64,000 bases of DNA from Candidatus Kaiserbacteria bacterium (GTDB lineage: Bacteria; Patescibacteriota; Minisyncoccia; Phycocordibacterales; UBA2100): contig JACPLD010000004.1 of assembly GCA_016186765.1 (NCBI GenBank), positions 29,287 through 93,286 on the forward strand, read 5' to 3'. Numbering within the stretch: position 1 is the stretch's first letter; every line of letters starts with the position of its first letter. Made by a program: the position numbers and the translations under genes. Of the stretch, positions 9,121 through 18,271 are shown in pieces. The notes beneath the pieces were generated by a model that ran no database searches, was not told the DNA's origin, and worked only from the letters and a program-made list of their open reading frames with translations.

Positions 9121-10458
9121 CTAATTCAGGCGCTGGAAGCCCGCGTGCGCAACCGGACCCTTGAGGAATTTCTTGACGCCTCCCGCGCGACGCGCGCGCG
9201 CAATGATGCCGAACACTTCGTCGACCGCGCGCGCGTACTTTTTGACGTGCGCATCCGTGTGCGCAAGCGACGCGTAGAAAATGTTCGAAGCAAGATATCC
9301 GCGCTTGAGCATTTCTTGCACGAAGAGCGTTTTTGCCGCCTGAGAGTCTTCTCCCATGAGCGTGAACGTGAGAATCGCGAGATTCGCGGAAATCTGTATG
9401 GGAAGTCCGTGCTTCTTTGCCGCACCTCGCCATGCTCCCGCGACACCCGCGGCAATCTTTTTGAAATGCCTCGGCAAGTTGACCTTTTTCATTTTCCTGA
9501 TGGTGGCGAGCGCTGCGACGGGACCGATCGCCTCCGTCCAATAGCTGCTTGAGATGAATGTTTCCTGCGCGGCCTGCATGATCGTACGCTTTCCGATAAT
9601 GGCTCCCATCGGATAGCCGTTGGATGTCGCCTTTCCGAAAATCGCCATATCGGGCTTCACGCCGTATAAGAGGTGCGCTCCGCCGAGCGTTAGTTTCCAT
9701 CCGACTGTTATCTCGTCGAAAACCAGCACGGCGCCTAGCGAATCGGCAATTGCCCGCACCTTTTGAAGAAAGTTGCCCTTCGGTTCGTCCGAGTGTATTG
9801 GCTCCATAATGATGGCCGCGATCTTCCCCTTGTTCTCGCGGACGATTTTCTCAAGCTCTCCTATCTTGTTGTAGTGGAAAGGCAGTATCGTGCCGCGCAA
9901 CCCTCGTGGAACACCTTTCGGCTCAAGGCCCGCAAGCAGGTGGTCGTTGAGTCCTTGGGGATCCTTCAGGTTGGTCGCCAAGTACCAATCGGCCCAGCCG
10001 TGGTAGCCGCAAAAAGCGATGACATCCTTTCCCGTATACGCCCGCGCGATGCGCGCCGCGATCGCCATCGATTCCCCGCCGGTACGCGCATAACGAACCA
10101 TCTCCGCCCACGGATGAAGTTTCACCAAGAGCTCCGCGAGTTCGACTTCTTCTGGAACATTCAGTGTTGTGTTCGATCCCCGTTTTACCGCTGCGATAAC
10201 AGCGCGATTTACATCCGGATCGGCGTAGCCGAGCGCACAGGCTCCCACCGCCATGATGGAAAAATCGAGATACTTTCTGCCGTCGAGATCCCAGATGTAT
10301 ACGCCTTTCGCTTTCGAATAGTACGCTGGCCAATACTCCGGCAGGAACAGCTCTGCGCGCTTCGAGAGAAGCTGATTGCCGCCGGGGATCAGCGTTTTTG
10401 CTTTTTTCCAAAGGCGTTGGCCAGTGCCGAGTGGATTCCTTCGAGACGTTTTTCTCAT
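9121..10458 (-). CDS. Class III PLP aminotransferase (glutamate-1-semialdehyde 2,1-aminomutase-like)
   Basis: GGNQLLSKR, YIWDLDGRKYLDF, FDEITVGWKL, AIFGKATSNGYPMGA. The true start is near MRKTSRR (10458); the first ~96 aa of ORF 9121..10746 are spurious. Confidence 0.75.
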   Translation of the reverse strand: MRKTSRRNPLGTGQRLWKKAKTLIPGGNQLLSKRAELFLPEYWPAYYSKAKGVYIWDLDGRKYLDFSIMAVGACALGYADPDVNRAVIAAVKRGSNTTLNVPEEVELAELLVKLHPWAEMVRYARTGGESMAIAARIARAYTGKDVIAFCGYHGWADWYLATNLKDPQGLNDHLLAGLEPKGVPRGLRGTILPFHYNKIGELEKIVRENKGKIAAIIMEPIHSDEPKGNFLQKVRAIADSLGAVLVFDEITVGWKLTLGGAHLLYGVKPDMAIFGKATSNGYPMGAIIGKRTIMQAAQETFISSSYWTEAIGPVAALATIRKMKKVNLPRHFKKIAAGVAGAWRGAAKKHGLPIQISANLAILTFTLMGEDSQAAKTLFVQEMLKRGYLASNIFYASLAHTDAHVKKYARAVDEVFGIIARARRAGGVKKFLKGPVAHAGFQRLN

Positions 10459-10475
10459 TGAGACTACAGTACTCT

Positions 10476-11591
10476 TTAGCGGAGTAATTGTAAAAGTGTC
10501 CTGATAATAAAGCGCTGTTGCCTCTCCGTTATGTCCGGAAAGAGAGGAAGCGAGAGCTCCGAGGAAGCGAACGTTTCTGCTTTTGGGCACATTCCTCTTT
10601 TGTATCCAAGCGAGCGATAGAAGGGATGGAGGTGGACCGGCACGTGGTGCACCTGCACACCGATCCCGCGCTTTCGCATCTCTGCAAATATCTTGTCGCG
10701 CTTCTTCGCAGCGCCTTTGGGAAGCCGCACCGGAAAAAGATGCCACGCGGACGTCTTAAGAAGTTCTCTCGGAGGAAGAATCAAAGGGACACCCTTGAGA
10801 AACTTGAAGTAGCGCTCGGCAGCGGCGCGGCGCTTCGCGATGAATGTATCGAGGCGACGCAGCTGTGAGCGACCGAGCGCAGCTTGGAGATCGGTAAGGC
10901 GGTAATTGAACCCTAAGAGCAGCATTTCCTGACGCCACGCGGGCCAATCCCGCTTACCTTTTTGTATGCCATGGGTGCGAAAAAGGCGAAGTGTATCGGC
11001 ATAGTCCCTGCGATTCGTGAGAATCGCGCCGCCCTCGCCTGTCGTGATGGATTTCACCGGATGAAAACTGAACGTCGTCATATCGGAGAGAGAGCCGATA
11101 CGTCTACCGTAGTAGCGTGCGCCCAGCGCTTGCGCGGCATCTTCGATGAGAATGAGCCGGTGCTTTTTTGCGAGCTTGCGAAACGCCGTGAGACTCGCAG
11201 GATTTCCGCCATAGTCAACGGGTGCAATAGCTTTCGTCCGTTTCGTTATCTTTCGCGTGACACTAATCGGATCGAGATTACCTGTTTTCTCATCTATATC
11301 GGCAAAAACCACCTTTGCGCCAACGGCTAATGCCATATTCGCCGTCGCCGAAAACGTGAGCGGCGTCGTGATAATTTCGTCACCTTTTCCGATGCCGGCT
11401 GCAACGTAGGCTGCGTGTAGCGCGGCAGTTCCACTCGCGACAGCAACCGCGTATTTTACCCCGCAGTAGCGTGCGAGGGAGCGCTCGAACTTCTCTATCT
11501 CGGGACCCTGCGTCAGGTAGTCAGATTTCAAAACTCGGATGACTGCGCTCTGATCCGCGCCTGAAATACTTTGGCGGGAATATGGGATCAT
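10476..11591 (-). CDS. pseC: DegT/DnrJ/EryC1/StrS aminotransferase, PseC-like
   Basis: MIPYSRQSI...VLKSDYLTQGP...FHPVKSITTGEGG, consistent with PseC/UDP-4-keto-6-deoxy-sugar transaminase. Confidence 0.75.
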   Translation of the reverse strand: MIPYSRQSISGADQSAVIRVLKSDYLTQGPEIEKFERSLARYCGVKYAVAVASGTAALHAAYVAAGIGKGDEIITTPLTFSATANMALAVGAKVVFADIDEKTGNLDPISVTRKITKRTKAIAPVDYGGNPASLTAFRKLAKKHRLILIEDAAQALGARYYGRRIGSLSDMTTFSFHPVKSITTGEGGAILTNRRDYADTLRLFRTHGIQKGKRDWPAWRQEMLLLGFNYRLTDLQAALGRSQLRRLDTFIAKRRAAAERYFKFLKGVPLILPPRELLKTSAWHLFPVRLPKGAAKKRDKIFAEMRKRGIGVQVHHVPVHLHPFYRSLGYKRGMCPKAETFASSELSLPLFPDITERQQRFIIRTLLQLLR

Positions 11592-12583
11592 ATGATCCGC
11601 AACTCTTTCTTGATACGTTCCCGCGGAATGAGGCGATCCGCATCGTTGCTCATGTACGAAAACCCTTTCGGCACCGACCGAAACTTAGCAAACGGACTTT
11701 TTCTCCCCCAGTCAGCAAATTCCGGCTCAACAACGAATAAATCCTCAACGAGTTTGGTGTGCAGCGCTTCGTGCTCGCTGATAAGCGTCTCGTGCAGCTT
11801 TTCGCCCGGACGGATGCCTATGATCTTAAGAGGAGAGCGGGGTGCGACAACCTTAATGAGATCGACGACGCGGGAAGAACGTATCGAGGGAACAAAGATC
11901 TCGCCGCTTTCCATAAGGCGCAGTGCATTGATGACACAATCGACGACCGATTCGATATGGATCCAGAAACGTGTCATGCGCTCGTCGGTGAGCGTAACCG
12001 TCCCACTCGGTCGCTGCTTCTCTATCAGCTCGACAATAGAACCGCGACTTCCCAAGACGTTCCCATAGCGCATGACGCTGATACGCGTGCGGCTGTGGCG
12101 GCCGCGATATGAGTTTGCGGCGATCGCGAGTCGTTCGGCGCACATTTTCGTAGCGCCGTACAAGTTGATCGGCTGCACCGCCTTGTCAGTGGAAATAAAG
12201 AGAACTTTATCGACGCCGCAATCAAATGCGGCTTCGATCACGTTGCGGGTACCGATAATGTTGGTCTCGACCGCCTCGACAGGATTGTATTCAAGGGCCG
12301 GCACCTGCTTCAGCGCTGCAGCGTGTATCACGATATCGACATGGTTGAATGCGCGATGCAAACGTTTTGGGTCGCGCACATCGCCGATGAGAAAGCGCAA
12401 TCTTGGATCGTCGAACTCCCGACGCATCTGATCCTGCTTGTACTCATCGCGGCTCAAAACAATAATTCTCGTTATGCCGGGGACTGTGCAAAGTCGCCGG
12501 ACCAAGGCCTTGCCAAATGTTCCAGTTCCGCCCGTGACAAGAATAGACTTACCCCGTAGATGCCCGCTCTTCATTCCCCGCAC
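11588..12583 (-). CDS. pseB: UDP-N-acetylglucosamine 4,6-dehydratase (inverting), PseB/FlaA1 family
   Basis: KSILVTGGTGTFGK, VLSRDE, YGATK, and the polysaccharide biosynthesis CapD-like C-terminus. Confidence 0.8.
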   Translation of the reverse strand: MRGMKSGHLRGKSILVTGGTGTFGKALVRRLCTVPGITRIIVLSRDEYKQDQMRREFDDPRLRFLIGDVRDPKRLHRAFNHVDIVIHAAALKQVPALEYNPVEAVETNIIGTRNVIEAAFDCGVDKVLFISTDKAVQPINLYGATKMCAERLAIAANSYRGRHSRTRISVMRYGNVLGSRGSIVELIEKQRPSGTVTLTDERMTRFWIHIESVVDCVINALRLMESGEIFVPSIRSSRVVDLIKVVAPRSPLKIIGIRPGEKLHETLISEHEALHTKLVEDLFVVEPEFADWGRKSPFAKFRSVPKGFSYMSNDADRLIPRERIKKELRII

Positions 12584-12607
12584 GGTACCTCTTTTTCTGG
12601 AGCGCGT

Positions 12608-14047
12608 CTACGCCTTCTTGAGCGCTTGCAATTCGCCAATAAGGCGCTCGGCAATTGCATGCATACTTTCCGTCATCGGAATGTATGGACGCACGCCTTC
12701 TGTGGGCACAAGGTGGGCACGCGTGCCCGTTTTCTCGAGCGCCTTGAGAAAGGAAAGAACGTCTCGCTCCGGAACACCCGGACTGCCTTCCACGAGCGCG
12801 AACGCTTCTTTGCATTCCCCGACACTTCGCGCCATAAGAACCCCCGGACAGTCGCGATACCACGGAAAGCCGAGCACGAGAGCGTGCTTCCCGCGGACGA
12901 GCGCTTCGAGGCCAGCTGTGCCCGTAACGGTCGCGACGAGTTTTGCCCTGTCCGTCAGAGTAAACGTGTCGGTATGGATCGGTACGACGCGAACGCCGCG
13001 GATTTGCGCGAGTCGCGCGTAATATCCAGAGTAGCGGGCGCTTGAAAAGCGTGTCTTTCCCCGCAACCACCACTGCGAAGGGTGCTCCTTCACGTACAGC
13101 TGCCATCCTTCGGGGAGCGCCGCGGCAAGAAGCTCGGCGGCGAGGATCTGGTCGTGAAAGATGCCGCCCTGCGGGCTCGTCGTACGTTCCGGTTGGAAGT
13201 TGAGAGGAAAATAGACATACGGCTGCGAAAGACCTACCTTTTGCACGATCGCTTCGTACTCATTGCGCAAATTTGCGCGCATCGATCGCGCAAGGAGACC
13301 GAATGCCCGCGAGAAGATGAGATGCGGGGCCCGAAACACGATGCGTGCGCGATGCATCCAGAGTCCGGACCCTGTGCCGATCGCTCGCTGCCTCTGCATA
13401 TACCATGGACTCTTCGGGCCTCGCGGATCTTTTTGATGCTCATAGTATTCACGAAGTTCCGGGTCAAGATCGGCAGGCGTAAGCGCGCGCCCTTCCATCT
13501 CGCGGATCGCTTCGCGAATCTCATCGCTCCCGTGCCAGAAATCCTTATAGAACATCAAGCGCCCCCCGACCCACGTCTCTTCGAACATCAGGGTTGCTAG
13601 ACCTCGGTTTTTTGTGAGGTCGTAGACGATGTTGGTGTAGATGCTATGTGGCACGGTGTTGTATATAACGACATCTGGTTTCGTGCGAGTAAGCACGTAG
13701 TCCCAGTATGCGAGCATCGTGTAGTAGATGTGCTTTCGCTCGTCGACAGGTGCGCGGTCGTAGCGCTTGTTCATCATCGTGAGAATCAGCGACTCCGTCT
13801 CAAACATTGATTCGATGAGGGTAGGATCGGCAGGCAGAATCTCCGCATCTTTAAGTGCTTCGGCACGCACGGCATCCCACGCATCGTAGTGGTCGTGAAA
13901 GATCGAACCTCTCGTATTGAGATGCTCGATCGCCCGCTCGCCGACCCAGTATACGATCTCGTGTCCCGCATTCTGCAGCTCATCGAGGAGAATCTTCACC
14001 TCGGCATCATTCGACGGCCACATCAGCATCACCCGCATACTGATCAT
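12608..14047 (-). CDS. Capsule polysaccharide biosynthesis (KpsS/KpsC-like, Capsule_synth) protein
   Basis: YVYFPLNFQPERTTSP...YVKEHPSQ...TVTGTAGLEA; paralogous to the edge gene at <1..1250. Confidence 0.65.
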   Translation of the reverse strand: MISMRVMLMWPSNDAEVKILLDELQNAGHEIVYWVGERAIEHLNTRGSIFHDHYDAWDAVRAEALKDAEILPADPTLIESMFETESLILTMMNKRYDRAPVDERKHIYYTMLAYWDYVLTRTKPDVVIYNTVPHSIYTNIVYDLTKNRGLATLMFEETWVGGRLMFYKDFWHGSDEIREAIREMEGRALTPADLDPELREYYEHQKDPRGPKSPWYMQRQRAIGTGSGLWMHRARIVFRAPHLIFSRAFGLLARSMRANLRNEYEAIVQKVGLSQPYVYFPLNFQPERTTSPQGGIFHDQILAAELLAAALPEGWQLYVKEHPSQWWLRGKTRFSSARYSGYYARLAQIRGVRVVPIHTDTFTLTDRAKLVATVTGTAGLEALVRGKHALVLGFPWYRDCPGVLMARSVGECKEAFALVEGSPGVPERDVLSFLKALEKTGTRAHLVPTEGVRPYIPMTESMHAIAERLIGELQALKKA

Positions 14048-15846
14048 TGGTTGATGGTGGAGACTTTGTAGAAATACGAACTCGTGTCTGCGAGGAGCTT
14101 TTTCGGCGTACCCTCTTCCACGAGTTCCCCATCGGAGAGCACAATAAGAGAATCGGAGCCCATGATCGTCGAGAGACGGTGCGCGATCGCGACGATGGTA
14201 ATGCGCCCCTTCAGCTCCTCGATGACCTTCTTGATGTGCGCCTCTGATTCATTATCCAGAGCACTCGTCGCCTCATCGAGGATGAGGAGCTGTGGCTTTC
14301 TGGCGAGCGCGCGGGCTATCACGATGCGCTGGCGCTCGCCGGCACTCAGTTGTATCCCGCGCTCTCCGACGAGCGTATCGAGACCTTCCGGACTTTCCTT
14401 GATGAATCCGTCGATGTGCGCCATGCGAGCAGCCTCCCACACTTCTTCGTCAGTGATCGAATCGTCGTAGAAGCGGATGTTGTTGCGGATCGTATCGTGG
14501 AGAAGAAACAGATCCTGCGAAACATACGCGACGTTCTCCCGCCATGCCGACAGCGAAATCTCACGACAATCCACTCCATCAAGCTTGATCGCGCCAGAGC
14601 TTGGCTCAAGCAGTCGCAGGATAAGATCGACCATCGTGGTTTTGCCCGCGCCGGAAGGACCGACAATGCCCACCATCGAGCCTTTCCGTATCGTGAAAGA
14701 GATTTTTTTAAGGACCTCCCGTCCCGGCAGGTACTCAAACGAAACCTTGTCGAACTCGAGCGAGTTGTTGAAAACAAAAGGCTGCTCCCCCGAGGCAGGC
14801 GGCACACCCCCCGCCGCATCACTCTCGTAGTGAATGACGCGCTCGAGGTGTGGCGCGAGCTCCGAGATGTATTGCACGTTGTTCTGCAGCTGCTGCACGT
14901 AGGTGAAAATGCGGTAGATGAGGTAGAGGATTGCTGGAAGCGCGGCAAATGAAATAAACGAGGTCTTGAACGCAAGCGCTAAGATGCCAGCAATGTAGAT
15001 CACACCAATGGGCGCCACGAGCTGTGTCGCGGTCGCTTGGAACATGGCGATTCGCATGGTGAGCGCCTTGATGTGCTCGAAGAGGCTGTTGCCGAGCCCG
15101 ATCGCGGAGAGCTCAACACCATATGCCTTCACACTCTTGAGGCCGCCTACGTGCTCGGTGACATGGTGCATCGTGTCGCGGAAACTTTCAGCGCGCGTGC
15201 GCGAGATGCCGTGCACGCGATCGATGAGCGAGCGGAGCGACACGAATACCAAGGCGCCGAGGAGGAGCGTCGAGAGCGTCACGAGGGGGGAAATGGAGAA
15301 GGCAACAGCGAGGTACATCAGGAGCCCAGTCAGGAGCGTAATGGTGAAGCTAAGCTTCGCGAGGAGTGAGGTTGCAGCTGGCGCGTCTATCATAAGAAGC
15401 GTTTCGAGGTTCCCGAGTTTCTGGCGAAGGAGGTAGGGCCACGAAGCATTCAGCACCATCGAAAAAAGTTTTGCGCGCGTGGCGCGCTCGTACTCGTTGG
15501 TGATGCGGATCTGTATGTAGCTTATCCAAAGCGACATTAGGGCTTTCCCGATGAAGAGAAGAACAATGAAGGCAAGAAGGTAGCGTGGGACGAACGGCAC
15601 GTGCGCAAAGGTGAAGAGCGCTTGTATCATCTGCGAGAGCATGTCTGTCGCAGGGCTCTGAAGCCCGAGCGCGAATGTAAGGAGTGGGATCACCGCATTG
15701 ATGCCGATACCCTCTAGAATGCCACCTACGAATCCAAGCCCCGTGAGCGCGAGGATCTGAAGGCGGTACGGCGCGTAAGCTCTCCTTGCAAGGCGCACGA
15801 CAGAGAGGAGCTGGCGGTAGATGCGGAATGTATCTATGCCGTCCAT
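14044..15846 (-). CDS. ABC transporter, fused permease/ATP-binding exporter (MsbA-like)
   Basis: Six N-terminal TM helices; Walker A GPSGAGKTT, signature LSAGERQR, Walker B LILDEATSALD. Confidence 0.85.
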   Translation of the reverse strand: MDGIDTFRIYRQLLSVVRLARRAYAPYRLQILALTGLGFVGGILEGIGINAVIPLLTFALGLQSPATDMLSQMIQALFTFAHVPFVPRYLLAFIVLLFIGKALMSLWISYIQIRITNEYERATRAKLFSMVLNASWPYLLRQKLGNLETLLMIDAPAATSLLAKLSFTITLLTGLLMYLAVAFSISPLVTLSTLLLGALVFVSLRSLIDRVHGISRTRAESFRDTMHHVTEHVGGLKSVKAYGVELSAIGLGNSLFEHIKALTMRIAMFQATATQLVAPIGVIYIAGILALAFKTSFISFAALPAILYLIYRIFTYVQQLQNNVQYISELAPHLERVIHYESDAAGGVPPASGEQPFVFNNSLEFDKVSFEYLPGREVLKKISFTIRKGSMVGIVGPSGAGKTTMVDLILRLLEPSSGAIKLDGVDCREISLSAWRENVAYVSQDLFLLHDTIRNNIRFYDDSITDEEVWEAARMAHIDGFIKESPEGLDTLVGERGIQLSAGERQRIVIARALARKPQLLILDEATSALDNESEAHIKKVIEELKGRITIVAIAHRLSTIMGSDSLIVLSDGELVEEGTPKKLLADTSSYFYKVSTINQ

Positions 15847-15860
15847 GTTTGTTTACGCTA

Positions 15861-16415
15861 TCACACTACCGCTCTCGCGAGTATGAGCTCTACAGCTTCC
15901 GGAAGATCAGCGGTGAGGTGCGTTGGCGGAGGCTGCGGATCCGATATCGAAGTCCCTGCGCCGACGAGGATCGTTTGCGCTCCTGCGGCAGCTCCTGCGG
16001 CAATATCGCTTTCTTTGTCGCCGACGATGAAGCTACTCGCAATATCGATATCATGCTCTCGCGCTGCCTGGAGGAGCATTCCCGGCTTTGGCTTTCGGCA
16101 CTCGCACTCCATCGCGTACTCCGGCACTTTGCCCTCCGGAAGATGCGGGCAGTAGTACCAGCCGTCCACACGCGCACCTTCAGCGCGAAGCTGCGCATCA
16201 AGTTCTGCGTTGAACGCTCTCGTATCGCTCTCCGTATGGAAACCTCGCGCGATGCCGGACTGATTCGAAACAACAATGACAATCATTCCAGCTTCGTTCA
16301 ACCGTTTGATGGCGGGAGCAACCCCCGGCAAAAGCTTCGCAACCTTCGGATCACTCGCATACGCTGTATCCTCATTGAGGACACCGTCGCGATCGACAAA
16401 AACTGCAGGTCTCAT
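15861..16415 (-). CDS. gmhB: D-glycero-D-manno-heptose 1,7-bisphosphate phosphatase (HAD, GmhB)
   Basis: AVFVDRDGVLN (DxD HAD motif I), VVSNQSGIARG, GDKESD. Confidence 0.75.
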   Translation of the reverse strand: MRPAVFVDRDGVLNEDTAYASDPKVAKLLPGVAPAIKRLNEAGMIVIVVSNQSGIARGFHTESDTRAFNAELDAQLRAEGARVDGWYYCPHLPEGKVPEYAMECECRKPKPGMLLQAAREHDIDIASSFIVGDKESDIAAGAAAGAQTILVGAGTSISDPQPPPTHLTADLPEAVELILARAVV

Positions 16416-16990
16416 GTATGGAACTTCCTCTCTAGAAATTCGCACCATGCGTGAAAGGTGAGCTCGTGCATCTCTTGAATGCGCGCCGTCTCGCCCGAAG
16501 GGATGACGATGCACACATCGGTGCTCGCGCGAAGCGCTTTTCCCTTCTCGCCCGTAAGTACTATGACGCGCATCTTTTTTTTACGCGCTACGCGGATCGC
16601 AGCAAGCACATTCTTCGAACGGCCACTCGTGGTTAGCGCGACGAGAACATCGCCGACTCTCCCGAGCGCTTCCACCTGCCTCGCGAATACGTATTCAAAA
16701 TCCCAGTCATTCGCTATCGCCGTGAGCGCCGAGGAATCCACCGTGAGCGCGATCGCGGGAAGCGCCTTTCTTTTTTTCGCAAATCTGCCGACGAGTTCTG
16801 CTGCGAAGTGCTGACTGTCGGCTGCCGAGCCACCGTTTCCGCACACAAGCACTTTCCTTTTGGCTTTGAGTGCGGCAAACAAGAGTGCGCCGCCGTGTTC
16901 GACATCGGGCAAGGTCTGCTGCATACTTTTCTCCACGACCTCTCTATGTCGCTCAAAAACAGCAGTAAAAAGCACCTGTTTCCCCGCCAT
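16412..16990 (-). CDS. gmhA: Phosphoheptose isomerase (SIS domain, GmhA)
   Basis: VLVCGNGGSAADSQHFAAEL, LTTSGRSKNV. Start taken at MAGKQ. Confidence 0.75.
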   Translation of the reverse strand: MAGKQVLFTAVFERHREVVEKSMQQTLPDVEHGGALLFAALKAKRKVLVCGNGGSAADSQHFAAELVGRFAKKRKALPAIALTVDSSALTAIANDWDFEYVFARQVEALGRVGDVLVALTTSGRSKNVLAAIRVARKKKMRVIVLTGEKGKALRASTDVCIVIPSGETARIQEMHELTFHAWCEFLERKFHT

Positions 16991-17512
16991 GCTGGGCAGA
17001 CTACCCCAAAAAGGCCCTCTGCGAAAGGAGTCGCAACGCTTGCAGAAATCGCCCGATTCGTGCGAGCGGTGAGAGCTCGCGGCAAAAAAATCGTCACGAC
17101 GAACGGCTGCTTCGACCTCCTGCACGTGGGCCACATCCGCTACCTCGAATGGGCGAAGCGACATGGCGACGTGCTCATCGTTGGTGTGAACTCCGACACC
17201 TCGGTGCGCCGCCTTAAAGGACCTACACGACCGGTCACTCCGCAGAAAGAACGTGCAGAGATCGTCGCTTCCCTTCGCGCCGTCGACGCCGCTTTCATAT
17301 TCAACGAGTCAACACCAAAGAAGTGGCTCGCAAAACTTAAACCCGACGTACATGTCAAAGGCGCCGATCGTTCGATGAACGAAATCATCGAACGAGACGT
17401 CGTCGAAAAATACGGCGGCTGCGTCCTCCTCGCCCCCCACATCAAAGGCCGTTCTACGACCTCGCTTCTTAAACGCATTAAGAAGCAGTGGTTTCCTAAA
17501 GGTGCAATTTGA
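16946..17512 (+). CDS. D-glycero-beta-D-manno-heptose 1-phosphate adenylyltransferase (RfaE/HldE domain II)
   Basis: KIVTTNGCFDLLHVGHIRYLEWAKRHGDVLIVGVNSD cytidylyltransferase-like motif. The start is uncertain; the upstream part of ORF 16808.. is antisense to gmhA. Confidence 0.7.
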   Translation: MSLKNSSKKHLFPRHAGQTTPKRPSAKGVATLAEIARFVRAVRARGKKIVTTNGCFDLLHVGHIRYLEWAKRHGDVLIVGVNSDTSVRRLKGPTRPVTPQKERAEIVASLRAVDAAFIFNESTPKKWLAKLKPDVHVKGADRSMNEIIERDVVEKYGGCVLLAPHIKGRSTTSLLKRIKKQWFPKGAI

Positions 17513-17584
17513 CAGCAGGGTCTGGGTGAAGCGCGCTCTCAAGTTGAACTTGCGCGGAAACATTGCGGGGGTACGCTTACGTTC

Positions 17585-18181
17585 ATGAAAGTTAATTCTG
17601 GCCTCCTTAGTGCTTTATCTATAATCACAGTTGCCGTCATAGTCAGTTTTTCATTGGTTTCTTTCACAGAAGCGAATCGCTCGACTGAGGGCCGAACTCT
17701 TGCCCGCGCCATGTGCACAAATGAAATGTTCTGTGAGAGATTGGTCTTTAAGCAGGCCTCATCAACGCGCAGAACAGTCACTGTTTCTTGTCCATCGGCT
17801 GTTGGTCGAGCACCCGGATTTGATACGTCGGATGGATTCCTCCACGTCGGAGATTATTACATCCAATCTTCTACCAACGAATACGTCGCGTACGTGGACG
17901 CTTCGACAGCTGCAACGTCGACGATTGAGAATCCGGTATGCATTGGCCCGCACATGGTCATGAGCGAGAAGGAGCCGGTCGGCATGAGAAAAGTTAATGT
18001 GATTGGGACAGCGTTCTGGCAGATATGTTCACTCAACGGATCTGAAATCTACGTTCAGATCTCTGCTGCAGAATGGGAGGCGCTAAGTCATGGATTTCCA
18101 GATTTGACCATTGACCCCAATCGGCCGACGAGCTGCCAGTATTCGCCCGTGATCCAAAATAATTTCCCGCGTAGAAGGTAA
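17585..18181 (+). CDS. Hypothetical secreted/membrane-anchored protein
   Basis: N-terminal signal anchor (LSALSIITVAVIVSFSLV); locally lower GC than its neighbours; no recognisable domain. Confidence 0.4.
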   Translation: MKVNSGLLSALSIITVAVIVSFSLVSFTEANRSTEGRTLARAMCTNEMFCERLVFKQASSTRRTVTVSCPSAVGRAPGFDTSDGFLHVGDYYIQSSTNEYVAYVDASTAATSTIENPVCIGPHMVMSEKEPVGMRKVNVIGTAFWQICSLNGSEIYVQISAAEWEALSHGFPDLTIDPNRPTSCQYSPVIQNNFPRRR

Positions 18182-18212
18182 TAGGAGATTGGAGAGGAAG
18201 CCGATGATTCTG

Positions 18213-18248
18213 ATAAAAAAGAGGGCGGTGGAATGACCCACCGCCCCA
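18213..18248 (-). terminator. Rho-independent terminator (minus strand) after the NUDIX gene
   Basis: GGGCGGTGG-aatgac-CCACCGCCC stem followed, on the minus strand, by a TCTTTTTTAT tract. Confidence 0.6.
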
Positions 18249-18271
18249 GACATTCGTTCGTGTTCCGCGGA

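Noticed and set aside
10459-10746. Upstream ~96 codons of ORF 9121..10746 (and similar long N-terminal extensions at 6742-6909, 8312-8527, 16991-17164, 38738-38779)
   Set aside because: High-GC DNA gives open frames upstream of the true starts. Domain alignment places the starts at internal Met codons that abut or overlap the upstream gene's stop.
14346-14975. Numerous 60-230-aa ORFs on the opposite strand or in alternative frames inside well-supported genes (e.g. 14346..14975, 19970..20665, 21022..21825, 23261..23896, 40664..41221, 58262..59044)
   Set aside because: These are antisense or overlapping frames within conserved coding regions. Their composition is biased towards Arg/Ala/Ser (a GC artefact) and they carry no domain signatures.
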